64,000 nt of DNA from Octopus vulgaris (lineage: Eukaryota): NCBI GenBank assembly GCA_951406725.2, contig OX597816.1, positions 171,058,001-171,122,000 of the forward strand, written 5' to 3'. The notes below the pieces were generated by a model that was not told the DNA's origin, did no database searches, and worked only from the letters and a program-made list of their open reading frames with translations. The translations under genes were made by a program, and so were the position numbers. Position 1 is the stretch's first letter; each line of letters begins with the position of its first letter. Positions 1 to 13,363 of this stretch are shown here, one piece after another.

Positions 1-740
1 TTCAGGCTGCAGAGAGCATCTGATTCTTTCCGGCCCCTTTAGTCTCGTGTCTGGTCCCAGCACAGCATCAGAAGGCAAACAAAAATTGCTGTGTACCGTA
101 CATGTGTACAAACATCGCTCCTTTACTCATGCGAGACATGGATCCTTTACAAACATCACGTAAGGCTGCTTGAACGCTTTCATCAGAGGTGTCTGAGACT
201 CATTCTGAATGTTGGCTGAGCAAGGGCCGGGGCAAAGCTGATATCTTGAGTATTGAGGCGATGGTGTACAAGCACCGGTTACGTTGGACTGGATACCTTA
301 TTAGAATGAAGGACAGCAGGATCCCTAAACAGGTGCTATATGGGGTACTTGTTAGTGGAAAGGGACACAGGCAGAAATCAAGGTTGCGATTTAAGGATTG
401 TGTCAAGTCCTCATTAAAGGATTTTGATATGCAGGAGACTGACTTGGAGAGCAATGCCTGTCGTCGCCACAGATGGAGGAAGCAGGTTAAGGAGAGGATC
501 GACACTTTTGAGAGAGCACGTATTATGCATGAAGAATTTAAGCGTGTTGTTCGAAAGCACACTGCTGGTGTAGTAAATGGGGAAAGCTTGGTTTGCAATG
601 TTTGCAGTTGTGTATGCTTGTCAAAAGCAGGGATCATTAGCTACCAACGGAGCATCAAAAAAAAATATAAGTTAGTCCTAGAGCGCACAATGTTCCTAAA
701 GGTCAGTTATGGTCCTCTTCGGTCACGAGTGGACCGCCAT
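1..740 (+). mobile_element. RTE-clade LINE 3' fragment (post-RT C-terminal region), degenerate
   Basis: ORF 189..914 reads SIEAMVYKHRLRWTGYLIRMKDSRIPKQVLYG...RLRFKDCVKSSLK...WRKQV...CNVCSCVCLSKAGIISYQR, typical RTE C-terminal motifs; it then runs into a (TA)n/(TATG)n tract. Confidence 0.85.
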
Positions 741-780
<40 letters not shown>

Positions 781-849
781 TATGTATATATTTATGTATG
801 TATGTATGTATGTATGTATGTATGTATGTATGTATGTATATGTATATAC

Positions 850-971
850 ACGACTGGATTATTTCAATTTTCGTCTACCAAATCAACTCACAAAGTTCCA
901 CGCAGTGGAACTGAACCCGGAGCCATGTGATTGGGAAGCAAGCTTCTTATCACACAGTCATGACTGTGCCT
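850..971 (-). mobile_element. SINE family A head fragment
   Basis: Similar to 40750-40906 (CGTCTACCAAATC...ACTGAACCCGGAGCCATGTG). Confidence 0.7.
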
Positions 972-1250
972 ATTATTTTGAAAAATTTAGAATAAAAAAA
1001 AGTTAAAAGCATTTAAAGTTACGTACTTTTGCCCAATGGATTTTAAGGCACTGTCATCACAGCGGAAGTCGAAACTGTTTGTCGTTTTAGCGACTCCGCT
1101 TCATTGATTAATTCTGTTGGATTGGTGCGATTAGAAAACTTATTTACGGGAAGTTTCTGCAGACGATTTTCTTTTCGTCCTACCTTCTCGAGATCGTAAT
1201 GCATTCGAAGAATGCAATTGTCAATCAGTTCTGCTGAGAACAAACATTAC

Positions 1251-1421
<171 letters not shown>

Positions 1422-2550
1422 TCGTGTGTGTGTGTGCGCGTGTTACTATGGGTTACAGTTCCACGTAGATTATCAGTATCAAGTCAGCTTCCAGGATAGT
1501 GGTTGGTTAGTATACTATTGTACTTAGCAGTGTTACTGGTTATGATATACAGAGTGGAAAATTAAGATAAACATAAGTATATATTGTTAGTTCCTAGGTA
1601 CCATTCAGTATTGGATGTTCCAAGTGTATTTGGATGACTAACTGCAATGGATCATCAGAGAAGTAGTCCTTGCATTCTGTTAGAGATCTGATATGCTATA
1701 TACATATAGATAAATAGAGAGATAGATATCTATATCTATATCTATCTGTGTCTGTGTTTGTGTGGGGGGGGTGTACACAAGAGTTACGGAATGGAGTAGA
1801 TAAATTCCAGGCTATGTTTAATGGCAAGCGCAACCTCAGGAGTGGTAACTATGCAGGCGAGGTGTTTACCGCAGGCAACTCTTCGGGCCGAGGATATCTT
1901 GATCAAATGAACGTCTGTTGCCGCAAGGAGGTACACGTTAACGCATGGGAGATTCACTCAGAATGTATGCCACTTGTCTGTGGAGTGCTCAGCTACTTGC
2001 ACGTTAATTTCACGAGCAGGGTGTTCCATTGATGCCAATAACCGACAGATTGCCAGATACATATGTATATGTATATATATATCCGAGTGTGTATGCGCGT
2101 GTCAGTGTGTGTATGCATATTTATTTATTTTTATATACATACACATAAATATTAATTCATCGTTTTTCTTTCAATTAATTGCTTGGACACAACCTTGAAG
2201 GGATTTTTTCATCGAACAAATTGACCCTCAGGACTTCTTTTGTTGTTGTTTAAGCCTAGTACTTATTCTATCGGTCTCTTTCGTCACCAAGTTACGAGGA
2301 CGTAGATACAGCAACACCGGTTGCCAAGTGGGGGACAAACACAAAAACACACACAGATATATGTTTGTTTACTTTAATTAAATTCATCAAAAGAAAACCC
2401 TATTCCATTTTCACGGTTCCCTTGTCAATGTAACACACTGCATTTTCAATTATAGTCTATTTGTTGCCACGGCAACTATGACAGCAAACAGTTGGACACC
2501 GGACTCATTTCATTGGCTTATATATAATTTTAAATCTTGTTTATTATTAA

Positions 2551-3059
2551 CTAGCAGTATCGCCCGGCGTTGCTCGGGTTTGTAAGGGAAATAACTATAT
2601 AAGCATTTTTAGAGAGTTACTTCCCTTATAGATGCCAATTCGGGCTTTCTTAGCCATTTCTGTTTTGGTGTCTTCAAGCCATGAAGTCGTTGTTCTAAAA
2701 GAACGCTGGTCTCCTTGAAACGCATTACGACGTTGATTTCTTTACACTCCCTTCCCCACAGCTTCACGAGGGAGGGAAGGGGGAGAAGCAAACAGGTGCA
2801 GCTGTGAGCGTTGACGCCAACTCCGCCGCCATCGACACACGAAAAATTATGCATTAAAATGGAATAAAAAATGATGTTAAATTATTTTTAAAATCGTAGA
2901 CTCATCGATGACGCGCGCTAATAGCCAGGCGGGCTCGATATGAATCACGACTATAAGATACCCGAATTTGGTTAAACTGCACCGCAAAATGTGGGAGGAG
3001 TTAGGAATCTAAATCGAAGGGGACAGACACTCACACAACTAGAGTTTTATATATAGAGA
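2551..3059 (-). mobile_element. Non-autonomous Helitron (variant interior)
   Basis: Minus strand A|TCTCTATATATAAAA...CCCGAGCAACGCCGGG CGATACTGCTAG|T: 5' TC, subterminal hairpin, 3' CTAG, AT target, no TSD. Confidence 0.88.
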
Positions 3060-3511
3060 TTTTCCGAAAGGAAAGAAAATTGAACGCGATGTTCTTCATT
3101 AGCATGCAAGTCTACATGTGTTAAAAATTTACGAACAATCCTCGAGAATTGTAAAATCATCAAGTGATTGAAGGAAAACGGAAAAAATCCATTTTACCAC
3201 CTGTCAGTCAGTCATCTCCCTTTCTTCCCCGCTATATCCCCCCTCTGTAACTATCTATCAATCTCTATGCGCGCGTGTTTTTTTGTGATCAGCTAGTTTC
3301 GAAAATGTTACTATTTTCTATTCTAGCTACGTCAAACTATAATGTATTATGTAAATTCTATCCAACTTAATCGATCTTGAAATAGAAGCTGAATTGAAAT
3401 CCTACTAAAGCATTTCCGTATGACGAGTTGAAGTTTTTAGTCAATAGTGTACTCAACTGATAAATAATATGGTTGGTTGGGTGAATGAAGAGGGAATACT
3501 TTGAATACAAA

Positions 3512-3526
3512 GATAGACAGACAGAC

Positions 3527-3608
<82 letters not shown>
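3512..3608. repeat. (GACA)/(GATA)n microsatellite
   Basis: Direct inspection. Confidence 0.95.
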
Positions 3609-3609
<1 letters not shown>

Positions 3610-4351
3610 AGGAGATATATATGTATATATATACAGGCAGTAATTGAAGAAGTAAATCAAATAAGAAAAAATAGTTGCATTAATAAAATGTCATTAACAT
3701 TATAACTTAATAATGCCTAATTTAAATAATCCATAGAGACCAAAATCGATATGCCTACGATTGAATTGGGATTGATGTCTTAAAAATTATATTTTAGAAT
3801 AGTCAATAAACCCCTTATAGGTTCTGCCTACGGTTGACGCCACATTAACATACTTTTAGTAATACTTGCCTGATAATTAAGTTAATATTGACTTTCTATA
3901 AACAATTTTTCGTTTCATTGTAGAATCAGCTACACTTTTTTCATTGTATTTTATTATAATCACTAAATACACCTTAATTATTATATGAATTTTCACATCA
4001 AGTCATAAAACTTTGATTCAATAAGAAAAATTGTTCGACTTCAATCAAAAATTTAAAACATCCTGTTTCGCAATTGTGATTTGCTTTTATCCCTTTCTTT
4101 TCTGTTTTTCCATTTATTTTCGTAATTAATTGAGATCATTCATGAATGAAGTCGAACACCCGATATCAAAGTAGGTTTCAACACATACTTTTAAGGAATA
4201 GACACAGAGGTCTTAAATTAAATTAGTTTATTCAAATTTAATTTTTGTTTGAAATGAAGGTGGAGAAATATTGAATATGGAGCGAGGTATTATAGTGGAT
4301 ATTTCACATAAAGTATATTAGGTTTTTATCAATAGAAACTTCTGTAACTAT

Positions 4352-4352
4352 A

Positions 4353-4413
<61 letters not shown>
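4352..4413. repeat. (TAG)n microsatellite
   Basis: Direct inspection. Confidence 0.95.
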
Positions 4414-4414
<1 letters not shown>

Positions 4415-4574
4415 TAATTGATTTTAGGGTGGAAAACTTCGCAAGGGTAGTACAGCTGATTAAATTGTTCCTAGCAATTTACTTTTATCGCCCCTACAAT
4501 GAAGAGACTAGAAGTTGGCAATCGCGGAATTTGATCTCAGAACTTAAAAGGATAATGCTAAATAATCTTATGAA

Positions 4575-4577
4575 TAT

Positions 4578-4646
<69 letters not shown>

Positions 4647-4765
4647 CATACACACACACACATACATACATACACACATACATACACACACACACATACC
4701 CACACACATACATACATACATACATACATACATACATACATACATACATACATACACATATATAT
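4575..4765. repeat. Compound (CA)n/(TA)n/(TACA)n microsatellite
   Basis: Direct inspection. Confidence 0.95.
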
Positions 4766-5597
4766 TATCATTTCCTTTTGTCTGTTTCAGTTAACAGACT
4801 GCAGTCATACTGGAGCAGATACAACGGCCTTAGAACTTTTTTTCTTTAAACCGAGTATTTCTATCAGACACTATTGTGCAAATTCTTTTTACTAAATTAG
4901 AGGTGATATTTCTTTTGATGTGTTTCGGATGGCATGAACTAAGCAGAAGATATTGCTTCCAGTCCGTTTGCTTATGTTAAATGTCAGTTATAATTTGGTT
5001 ACTGACTTTTTTATCATAATATCCAAGAAAGGCGCTATTCTTTGCTATATTCCATTGTAACTTGAATGTTAGAGTTTATGCTATTTAGTATTGATTTAAA
5101 TTCCAAAAGTTAATCAATGACCTTCTTCCAAATGATAAAACAGTCATCCAGGTATCTTTTCCAATTTCCTCTTATATAGTGGTGAAACGGAAACCTATAC
5201 AGAACACGTCTAAATATGAATGCATATGCAACTTTGATCTTAGCATGTATTTTAATTCATGATCACATACCCATCATAGTACGTATTTAATCTCACTACT
5301 TTGGCTTTTGAGTTTTTGTGTATATATAATTATTTATCCCCTCTCTGAAAGATGAGCAATTACCTTCTCTGTCCCCAGTAATAACGATCACCAATTACCT
5401 CCCCTTAGATTTTTCTCCATATGGAATCATTCCTTCACAAACTTCTCCACACATAACATGGACTAAAATCTCCTCAAGAAAATACGTAATTACAATAATT
5501 TCAATGCCATTGTTGGCGAAAGCGAAACCGGTCGACAAACAATATAGACTATATTAAAAAGTATATTACAACTATGTAAAGTGTATGCATTTTCCTT

Positions 5598-5650
<53 letters not shown>

Positions 5651-5651
5651 A

Positions 5652-5725
<74 letters not shown>

Positions 5726-5728
5726 ATA

Positions 5729-6976
5729 CAGGGTGTGTAAGGTATTGGAGGACATACCTTTTGGGTCATTGCTGCATTTTTTGCTAACTCTGTATAATCT
5801 TTGTTTCAGAAAATAATAATGGCACATCCTCAGCTTACTCAAGAAATGAAGAAGCATGCTGTTATTGTGGTTTTAAAGGCTGAGCATACCGATTTAGAAG
5901 TATCTCGATTTTTAAAAGTCTTCAGACCTTTCGTCTACAAAGATTGTAAGAAACTAGATGGAAGGGTATCACCAGTAACAAAGCATACAAAAACATTATA
6001 AACGCTCTGAAATCATCAGAACACTTGAATTTATCCAGCAAGTTAAACAGACCATTGATCACAATTCCAGAAATTCCATGAGATCAATTACAAAAAATAT
6101 CTATATGTCAGAAGGAACAGTCAGACATGGTGTCAACGAAGACATCAGATATAAGTCTTATATGATGATGAGAAGTCAATTTGTCTGAAAAAGCAAAAGA
6201 AAATCACTACATCAAATCTGAAAGGCTCTTAAACACACTGAAAACTCCAGCAGAAGATTTGATTTGGTTTTTCTCAAACGAGAAAGACATCGACCAACAT
6301 CAAAATGTTAACAGAAGAAATGACAGATGGTTATGTGCAGACCCTTCTGAAGTTCAAAGTGTTATGCATAAAAAATTTTCTGCAACTATCACGGTTTTAG
6401 AGGGTGTCAGCAATGAAAGACATGTGATGCCTCCTTATTTCTTTTTACAAGGCCTTAGAGTTAACTCTGCCACCTACGTGGAGGTCCTGAAAATAATTGT
6501 TAAGCCCTGGATGGACAGTGTATGGAATGGAAGGCCATATGTGTTTTAGTAAGACTCTACTCTATCACACATTGCTCTACTAACAAAGGAATGGGTGGCT
6601 GAATATTTTCATGATCACAAAACTCCTAACATTTGGCCTCCTAATTTCCTACATCTCAATCTATTGGATTATTACATGTGGAGCGTTGTTGAGAGAGAGG
6701 TCAATGAACACGCCCATAACACCAAAGCACCAAAGATTCTTTGAAAGCTACCAGAGTAATGTCCAAAATGATCCAGGGCCACTTGATTCGAGCATGTAGA
6801 TAAGTTAGATCTTATATAGAAGCAGTTGTTGAAGCTGAAGGTGGCTTTATTGAATAACATTACAGAAAAGCGGGGTTTTTTGTCCTTATAGCATTTTTTG
6901 ATAAAGTTATGTTATTATATATCTGTATTTTCTTTTATAAGCATAAATCTGTCCTCAAATATCTTACGCACCATGT
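5729..6976 (+). mobile_element. maT (DD37D) Tc1/mariner-superfamily transposon, defective
   Basis: Imperfect TIRs CAGGGTGTGTAAGGTATTGGAGGACA / TGTCCTCAAATATCTTACGCACCATG flanked by TA. Transposase pieces: WFFSNEKD..Q.VNRRNDRW and VMPPYFFLQGLRVN. After two stops, D(6553) is followed by 37 residues and then D in NLLDY. Confidence 0.88.
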
Positions 6977-6981
6977 ATATA

Positions 6982-7186
6982 CAGGGTGCAGTGAATATAC
7001 TGTCGTCTAAATAGCCGAGAAATGAAAATAACACTGACATCTCATTTTAGAGACATATTTATCAAAATTGCATAAAAATATCTTGAAATGCTAAAGAGTA
7101 AATTTATTCCATAAAATCGCCATTGGTTTCAACCGCAGCCTCCAGACGACTTTAGAATCTTTTGCAACTCTTCTGGACGGTCTCCA
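6982..7186 (-). mobile_element. 3' terminal fragment of a second maT subfamily
   Basis: Reverse complement matches the end of the element at 60697-61870 (CAGGGTGC...AAATGAAAATAACACT.ACATCTCA). Confidence 0.75.
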
Positions 7187-9299
7187 GTCACCAATTTTTA
7201 TTCCCCGTTTTATTCTTATTTCCTCTTATTTGATTATTTCTTTACTTTATCGACTTCAGAGATATATGAAAGGTAAAGTCGACTTTGGCGTGATTTCAAT
7301 TCAGAATGTAAAGAGACGGAACAAATACTGCAAGATGCTCTAATGATTGTCAGTCTATCCCCACACCACTCTACTATAATAAAATCTAGGACTCTTAACA
7401 TTGTAGATGGCTATTCGACTGTTACTAATTATATCCTCTAATAAAGATTAAATACTACCGAATCAACTCGAGAAAAAAATTGCCGAAAAAGCCAAAGGAT
7501 AATTGTGTAATACAGTGAATTACTTTGAAATTTATTGATCGTAAACTCGAGTAATTAATATATTGCAAATGTTCGTACTGGTCGGCTTTTGAATACCACG
7601 TGTAAACAAACGAACGAAGCACAAACCGATTCATTCTATGTATAATCAAACTAATGATGCGAAGCAGGAGAAAATGATAGAAAAACTGGGGGATAAATTT
7701 TAAGTAATACACTAACTTACTTTAAAATTTATTGATCATTACCTCATATACTTAATGTATTGTTAGTGTTTGAAAATCATGACGATCTATACACAGGATT
7801 GGATGTTCTACAAATAAAACAGAAAAGGCATAAATAGGAACGAACCTATTCTATTCAGCGTAGGAATACACTACGGCAATAAACTCGTGAAAATTTGAAG
7901 ATAAAATAAACTTGATCTAAATGTAAAGTTGGATTTGAACAGGCTAGATAATTTACAATACATTCTCAAAGATAAAAAAAATATGTCAGAAATTGAAGTA
8001 GAACATCTAAATGAAAGAATACATAGTGAAAATACAAATTACGAACACAGACCAAACAACAAACATAAAAACATTGAGAACGTAAACCAAAAATGTAGAT
8101 TTTAGCACATACTCAACAAAGTAACTGACAAAACATAACAAAACCAAGCCGTAAAGGATTTATAGAATACCGACCGACATAGCTAAAACACAACGACAAA
8201 AAGAGAAAAAAATAAGTAAAAGGAGATATGATGAAGATGTAAGAGGCGGAAGTTATATAGATGGTTATGATAAATACAAAAGTGGAAATAATTATGTCTC
8301 TATGCACCATAGAATTGTTTACCAATCATATCACTAGGTTACATTCAACAGCCACTGTGTTTACGAAAGAAATTAGATCTCCTTCATGTAAAATATCGAT
8401 ACTTAAGCAAATTTAATTTGGAAAGTATTCATATCAAAAATAGTGAGCAAATGAGGAACATGATTTTCGACCTTTTAATAAAATCAGTAATGAACAGGAA
8501 AAGTTTTTTTTAAACTAATAATGAAATTTGAAGTAATATTACAGAAATATAACATAACAAAAAAGAGGAGTGCTCGAAATCAAAGAACATCTAAAACACA
8601 CACACCCCATCAAAAAAGAAAAGCTAAAATAATTCTGAGGGAAGGGGTGGTGGGTGAAGAAATTACAACAGACGAGAATGTTCAAAACATCGAATACAAC
8701 TTCCACAATCATGGGAGGACACATGGCAAGAAGTCGACCAGACGCTACAAAAAATAAACTGGAAAACTTTGAAACTACTTCAAAAAGCACATAAGGGGCT
8801 GGAATTTTTTTAAGAAACCAGGAAAAAGCATCTAACTGTATCACTGAGAAGAAAAACATCCCTAAAATTAAAGAAACGATAACCCAAGAAAGTTTTCTTA
8901 GACTTAAATCCTCAGCGTTGTGAGACATAAGGTAGCAATCATTCTTCAGTGTGGTTAATATACCTCTTCTTTGTGCTCATGCGCGACTCTTCCTTGTGCA
9001 TTTAAAGTCCTTGGGGAATGCCCAACGTCAGATGTTATTAGGTCTGGATTATTCAGTTTTCTTTCTTTCAGTGTCAATGTTATTGCAATTTTTGCATCAC
9101 TGGAATTTGCTTAGCAGAAAGATTTTCTTATTCATAATTCTCTCTCGTCAAGTTATTTTGAGAATCTTTTTAAGTATAGCTGTATTATGCATCTAATGAA
9201 GAATATTATAACTATAGCTTATCACTGGGATAACTAGAACATTAATTCGTTATAATTTTTACTCATTCTTGCAATGTAGCAAGCTTTTTGGCCGCATTG

Positions 9300-10830
9300 C
9301 AAAAAATAAAGAAACCTTTAGAAAACATAACTGAAAAAAAAGGCAGAAGGGATGCTCAAAGGTTTATAGGATTGTAAAGATAACGTTTTGATCAGTATGT
9401 CATTTAGGTCGTTCATTAGTTGTTCTTTTTCTATATGAAGGACTGAGAAAACCATTTTGGTGTTGTAGGGCAACTCTTGAACTTTTTGCTAGCATTCTCT
9501 TTCGGATGGTTTTTCTTCTACAGTGTGTTGGCTTCTCGTATTGTTGCTCCTTATCTATGCGACAATGCTGTTGAAGGAGATATAGAATGAAGAAGAGTCT
9601 AAGCATTGCATAGGTTGTCTACTAGAAAGCTTCTAATGATGTTCTCCAAAGTGAATTCACAAAATTTCAGCCATGAGTAACGTTGCATCAAAATAAGTAG
9701 CAACATTAAATATTTCTACCAAAAAAAATGAATTATAAAACTAACACCATATGTATTTGTAACTACCCTATATCTACACCTTTTTCTATCTGGCACAAAT
9801 ACTTTTATTCAACATGTTAAACCAGACTGGAATTGACTTCAGCTGCCATGGGAGAACAATCGACAAGCTTTTGTATGAGGAAATCATCAAGTTGTACGCT
9901 GCAGACATTAATCAACGAGAAACACGGCTACATATAGCATAGAGGTTTAACAGACAAAACGATATAAGATCTGGAGGGAATAAAATTAATTAAAATCAAT
10001 AATATCTTGTTCGATAGAGAGATGGAGAAAATAAAATTAAACACATACCTACAAAAACTTAATGAAGTAAAGAGAGTCTAACACACACATATAAATGAAA
10101 GAACAGTTTAAGAATGCATACTATACACACATTCATTTAATACGTAGAAGATATATTTAAAAGTAAAAATTATAACGAATTAATGTTCTAGTTAATCCTC
10201 AGTGATAAGCTTTAGTTATAACTAGCAGTATCGCCCGGCGTTGCTCGGGTTTGTAAGGGAAATAACTATATAAGCATTTTTAGAGATGTAAAGTATAATA
10301 GCCATCTCAATATGGCTAACCACGAAGGGGGGTGTTACTGTGGCTTTTTACGTTCTGAGATTTAATAATAAATTTTTAGAGAGTTACTTCCCTTATATAT
10401 ACCAAAATGCATTAAAAATGAGAAAAATTTGATGGTAATTTTTTTTTTAATCGTAGACTCATCGTAGACGTTCGCTAATACCCAGAAGAGCTCGATATGA
10501 ATCACGACTATAAGATACCCGGTTTTGGTTAAACTGCACCACAAAATGTGGGAGTAGTTAGGAATCTAAATCGTAGGAGACAGACAGCACACAACCTTAC
10601 TTTTATATATAAAGATATTCTTCACTGGATGCAGAATACATTTACAAGAGAAAGAAAAAAAGAAGAAAATGAACGCATTTAGAATAGAGAATCCAGAATC
10701 TGATGCAGATTATATTTATCACGAAAACAAGTAATTAGGGGCTCTATGCTGCTAGAAATTAATATAAAATTATTTGCTGAAAGACCAAAAATACCTAATA
10801 AAAATCAATGGTAATAACATTAATAAAAGT
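9300..10830 (+). pseudogene. Highly degenerate R4/Dong-like LINE RT region, interrupted by an inverted piece (9411-9577) and a Helitron
   Basis: Frameshifted motifs QKGCSKG..CKDNVLI (~9345), KKSLSIA*VVY*KASNDV (~9590, cf. NLSMAWIDYKKAFDSV), IDKLLYEEIIKLYA (~9860, cf. ISHLLYMDDIKLYA) and NPESDADYIY...G (~10690). Confidence 0.6.
10222..10615 (-). mobile_element. Non-autonomous Helitron
   Basis: Same termini as 2551-3059 (A|TCTTTATATATAAAAG...hairpin...CTAG|T); near copy of 37031-37432. Confidence 0.9.
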
Positions 10831-11067
10831 AACTTCAAAATACAGACGAAGTAAAATGATAGTTCTATTTCATTTTACCCAAGTAAGATATATCTTTCAC
10901 CCACAACAATCCGTAAGTAGGAAAAATTCCACATCTCGGCAGTTGTTGAAGTTCAGCATCTTAGAAATATGCATTATTCTTATGAGAAACCACACAAACA
11001 TGTTCCACTTCTCTTCGCGCGTCTACATATTATCTTTTCCAAATTGTTCTTGTATGTGATTTATTTC

Positions 11068-11640
11068 GTTCATTAGTTGTTCTTTTTCTATGTGAAGCAC
11101 TAACAAAACCATTTTGGTGTTGTAGGGCAACCTCTTGAACTTTTTGCTAGCCTTCTCTTTCGGATGGTTTTTCTTCTACAGAGTGTTGGCTTCTCGTATT
11201 GTTGCCCCTTGTCTATGCGACAATGCTGTTGAAGGAGAATTCTTTCTGAGAATTCTTTCTGAGACCAAGGTGAGGTGGATTTTTCGGACATTCTCGGAGC
11301 CGCAATCGATAGTGTAACTTGCTATACTACTGATTCAGCAACCTTTTATAACTGACCTATTGTTTTCCGATTCCTTCTTTTCTCCATCTTTTTTCATAAT
11401 GCTGCCAGACTACATACACGTTTGTGTGTTTAACCATATCTAGTTTGTTAAGGGTTTTTTTATCTTGTATTCTTCCAAAGACATCACAGTCACTTTCACA
11501 AATATTTCTGTTTACATTTTCGCCTGTTGTGGGTACAAAAGGCATTGTTGTTGTTACATTTATTAACACTGTTGGTGTGAGCATTTGATACTAACAATGC
11601 TCTTTTTTCTGATTGTAAAAAGGGTTCTGTTCACTTTTAG
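11068..11640 (-). pseudogene. Degenerate R4/Dong-like LINE N-terminal region
   Basis: Minus-strand SPWSQK..., RKRRLAKSSR...QHQNGF resemble the PPW / KQRLxAKxxR / QNxxF segment upstream of R4-clade RTs; 11068-11236 is duplicated at 9411-9577. Confidence 0.4.
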
Positions 11641-11689
11641 TGTTGGGACGTTCCCGTTTGTTGTTGGTTTATGCCATAACATCTACATG

Positions 11690-12700
11690 ACCTGGAACGA
11701 AAAATGCTTAGCCGACGGATCGTACGTGCTATGAAAAACCCCTATCTGAGAAGCGACTATTTACTTGACCACCGTCCAGTTGTTATGCATTGCAGTAATC
11801 AAGTCTGTGAACACGGACCCAAACTAGCTACTTTCAGCATAACCACCAAGTAACAATGTTCGACTTTATCGAGCATTTTCAGCTGTTATCAGTTGATCAG
11901 ATCCCCATCGCATGGAAGTGCGGTGTCGTGGATGGAGCTACATCGTGCTCGTTTGCGCTTCCCCGATCAAAATATCAACGAAAAGCGTCAACGTTGGCCA
12001 GAATCTTCCACTCTGCTTTCAGCAGAGTTGTGCACTGAAAGATGTCTACTTCGTCCTCTTTGTCTGCGTCCTTTATCAGTAGCGTTGCCAATTCCAGTTT
12101 CACTGCACTAGGAATTTTCCCATTCAGCTGCCAATTGCGATAGACGTCTTGGCATGAACTCGTAAAATATGTTTGGACAAATCATCCAAAGTAGAAAAGT
12201 TATCTTATGCAACCGCCCAGCTTTATCAGCTTTCTTATACTACTTTGCATCCTCTATGGCGAACCGTTTCAGGCAGTCAACACAGGCACGAAAGTTCTTC
12301 CAATCTCTGATTCGCTGCCAGTCTCCAATAGTCAAGCAAACTGCTGCTGGGAACCCGCTCACATTGCTCAACGGCTACATTGAAGCTGTGTTGCCACATT
12401 TCACTTCCGACACTAGGGCCTATCAAAGAACTTTAAATCCTTCGTGTTTTAGCGCACAGGCTCTTGCTCTAATAACGCAGCCTCCTTGTTTCGCACTGAA
12501 ATGAAATGATCGAGAGCCATTCTTACCAGTAGCTTCGGTCACGATGCCTTTGCTAATCGCTTCTTCTAGTTTGCTAGCTAGTTCTCCTTCCAATCTTGTT
12601 CTCTATTCACAGCACAGCCCACCACTCGTCCCTGTAGTCTTACCATGCCGGTAAGGACGCGTTTATTTAATCTTAAGTAATCGGGCCTCTGTCTGTGTGT
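11690..12700 (-). pseudogene. Degenerate L1/Tx1-like LINE RT fragment
   Basis: Minus strand gives WQLNGKIP..TLLIKDADKEDEVDIF..TTLLKAEWKILAN...ILIGEAQT...DKVEHCYL, collinear with ORF 28008..28445. Confidence 0.7.
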
Positions 12701-13331
12701 CTAAACTGGCCGTGTACATCACAAATTTGTGGTATGTGTAGCCATCAGTTTGCACTGGGAACTGCCTACGCTGTTTATATCTATCGGCCTTTAATATGCA
12801 ACAACTAGCATCAAGTTTAAGATTTCACTAGTGTTTATTTAAGATTATCTTCGTTAAATGTGTTTAAAAATTGTTATGTCAACATTATTTCTATTTGAAC
12901 GGTTGCAAGATTCATTGTCTGTTCCGTAAACATTTTGATTTTTCTGATTTTCTGTAGCATTTTATTAATTACATTATATTTTATCGAACAGTAAAAATCG
13001 GTTAGAAATTGACAACGGATGTAATTTATTTACGTTATGTATCGAGAATGTCACATGCTGAGAAGATACTTGGAAAAATAATTTTAGAAAATATAAAGAC
13101 ATATCGACCCAAAAACTGATATGAAAAACTAAAATATAGATAAAATATTTTAAATACGCAAAAGACTAACAACGACGAGGTTATCAATAGCAGCTATTTC
13201 TCATTCTTGTTGTATGTGTTCTAGTTTTTCTTTCTTGCTTACTTACTTTAGAGAAGGAGAAGAGTTTAACATATGCATGATATCGAACGAACACTATATT
13301 TAATTTATCTGGTGTTAATGTGTGTGTGTAA

Positions 13332-13363
<32 letters not shown>

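Noticed and set aside
1593-1658. Minus-strand CTGATGA followed by a CCATT-CAGT/ACTG-AATGG stem and a CCTAGG palindrome
   Set aside because: No GAAA and no stem I partner; cannot be called a hammerhead, at most a decayed one
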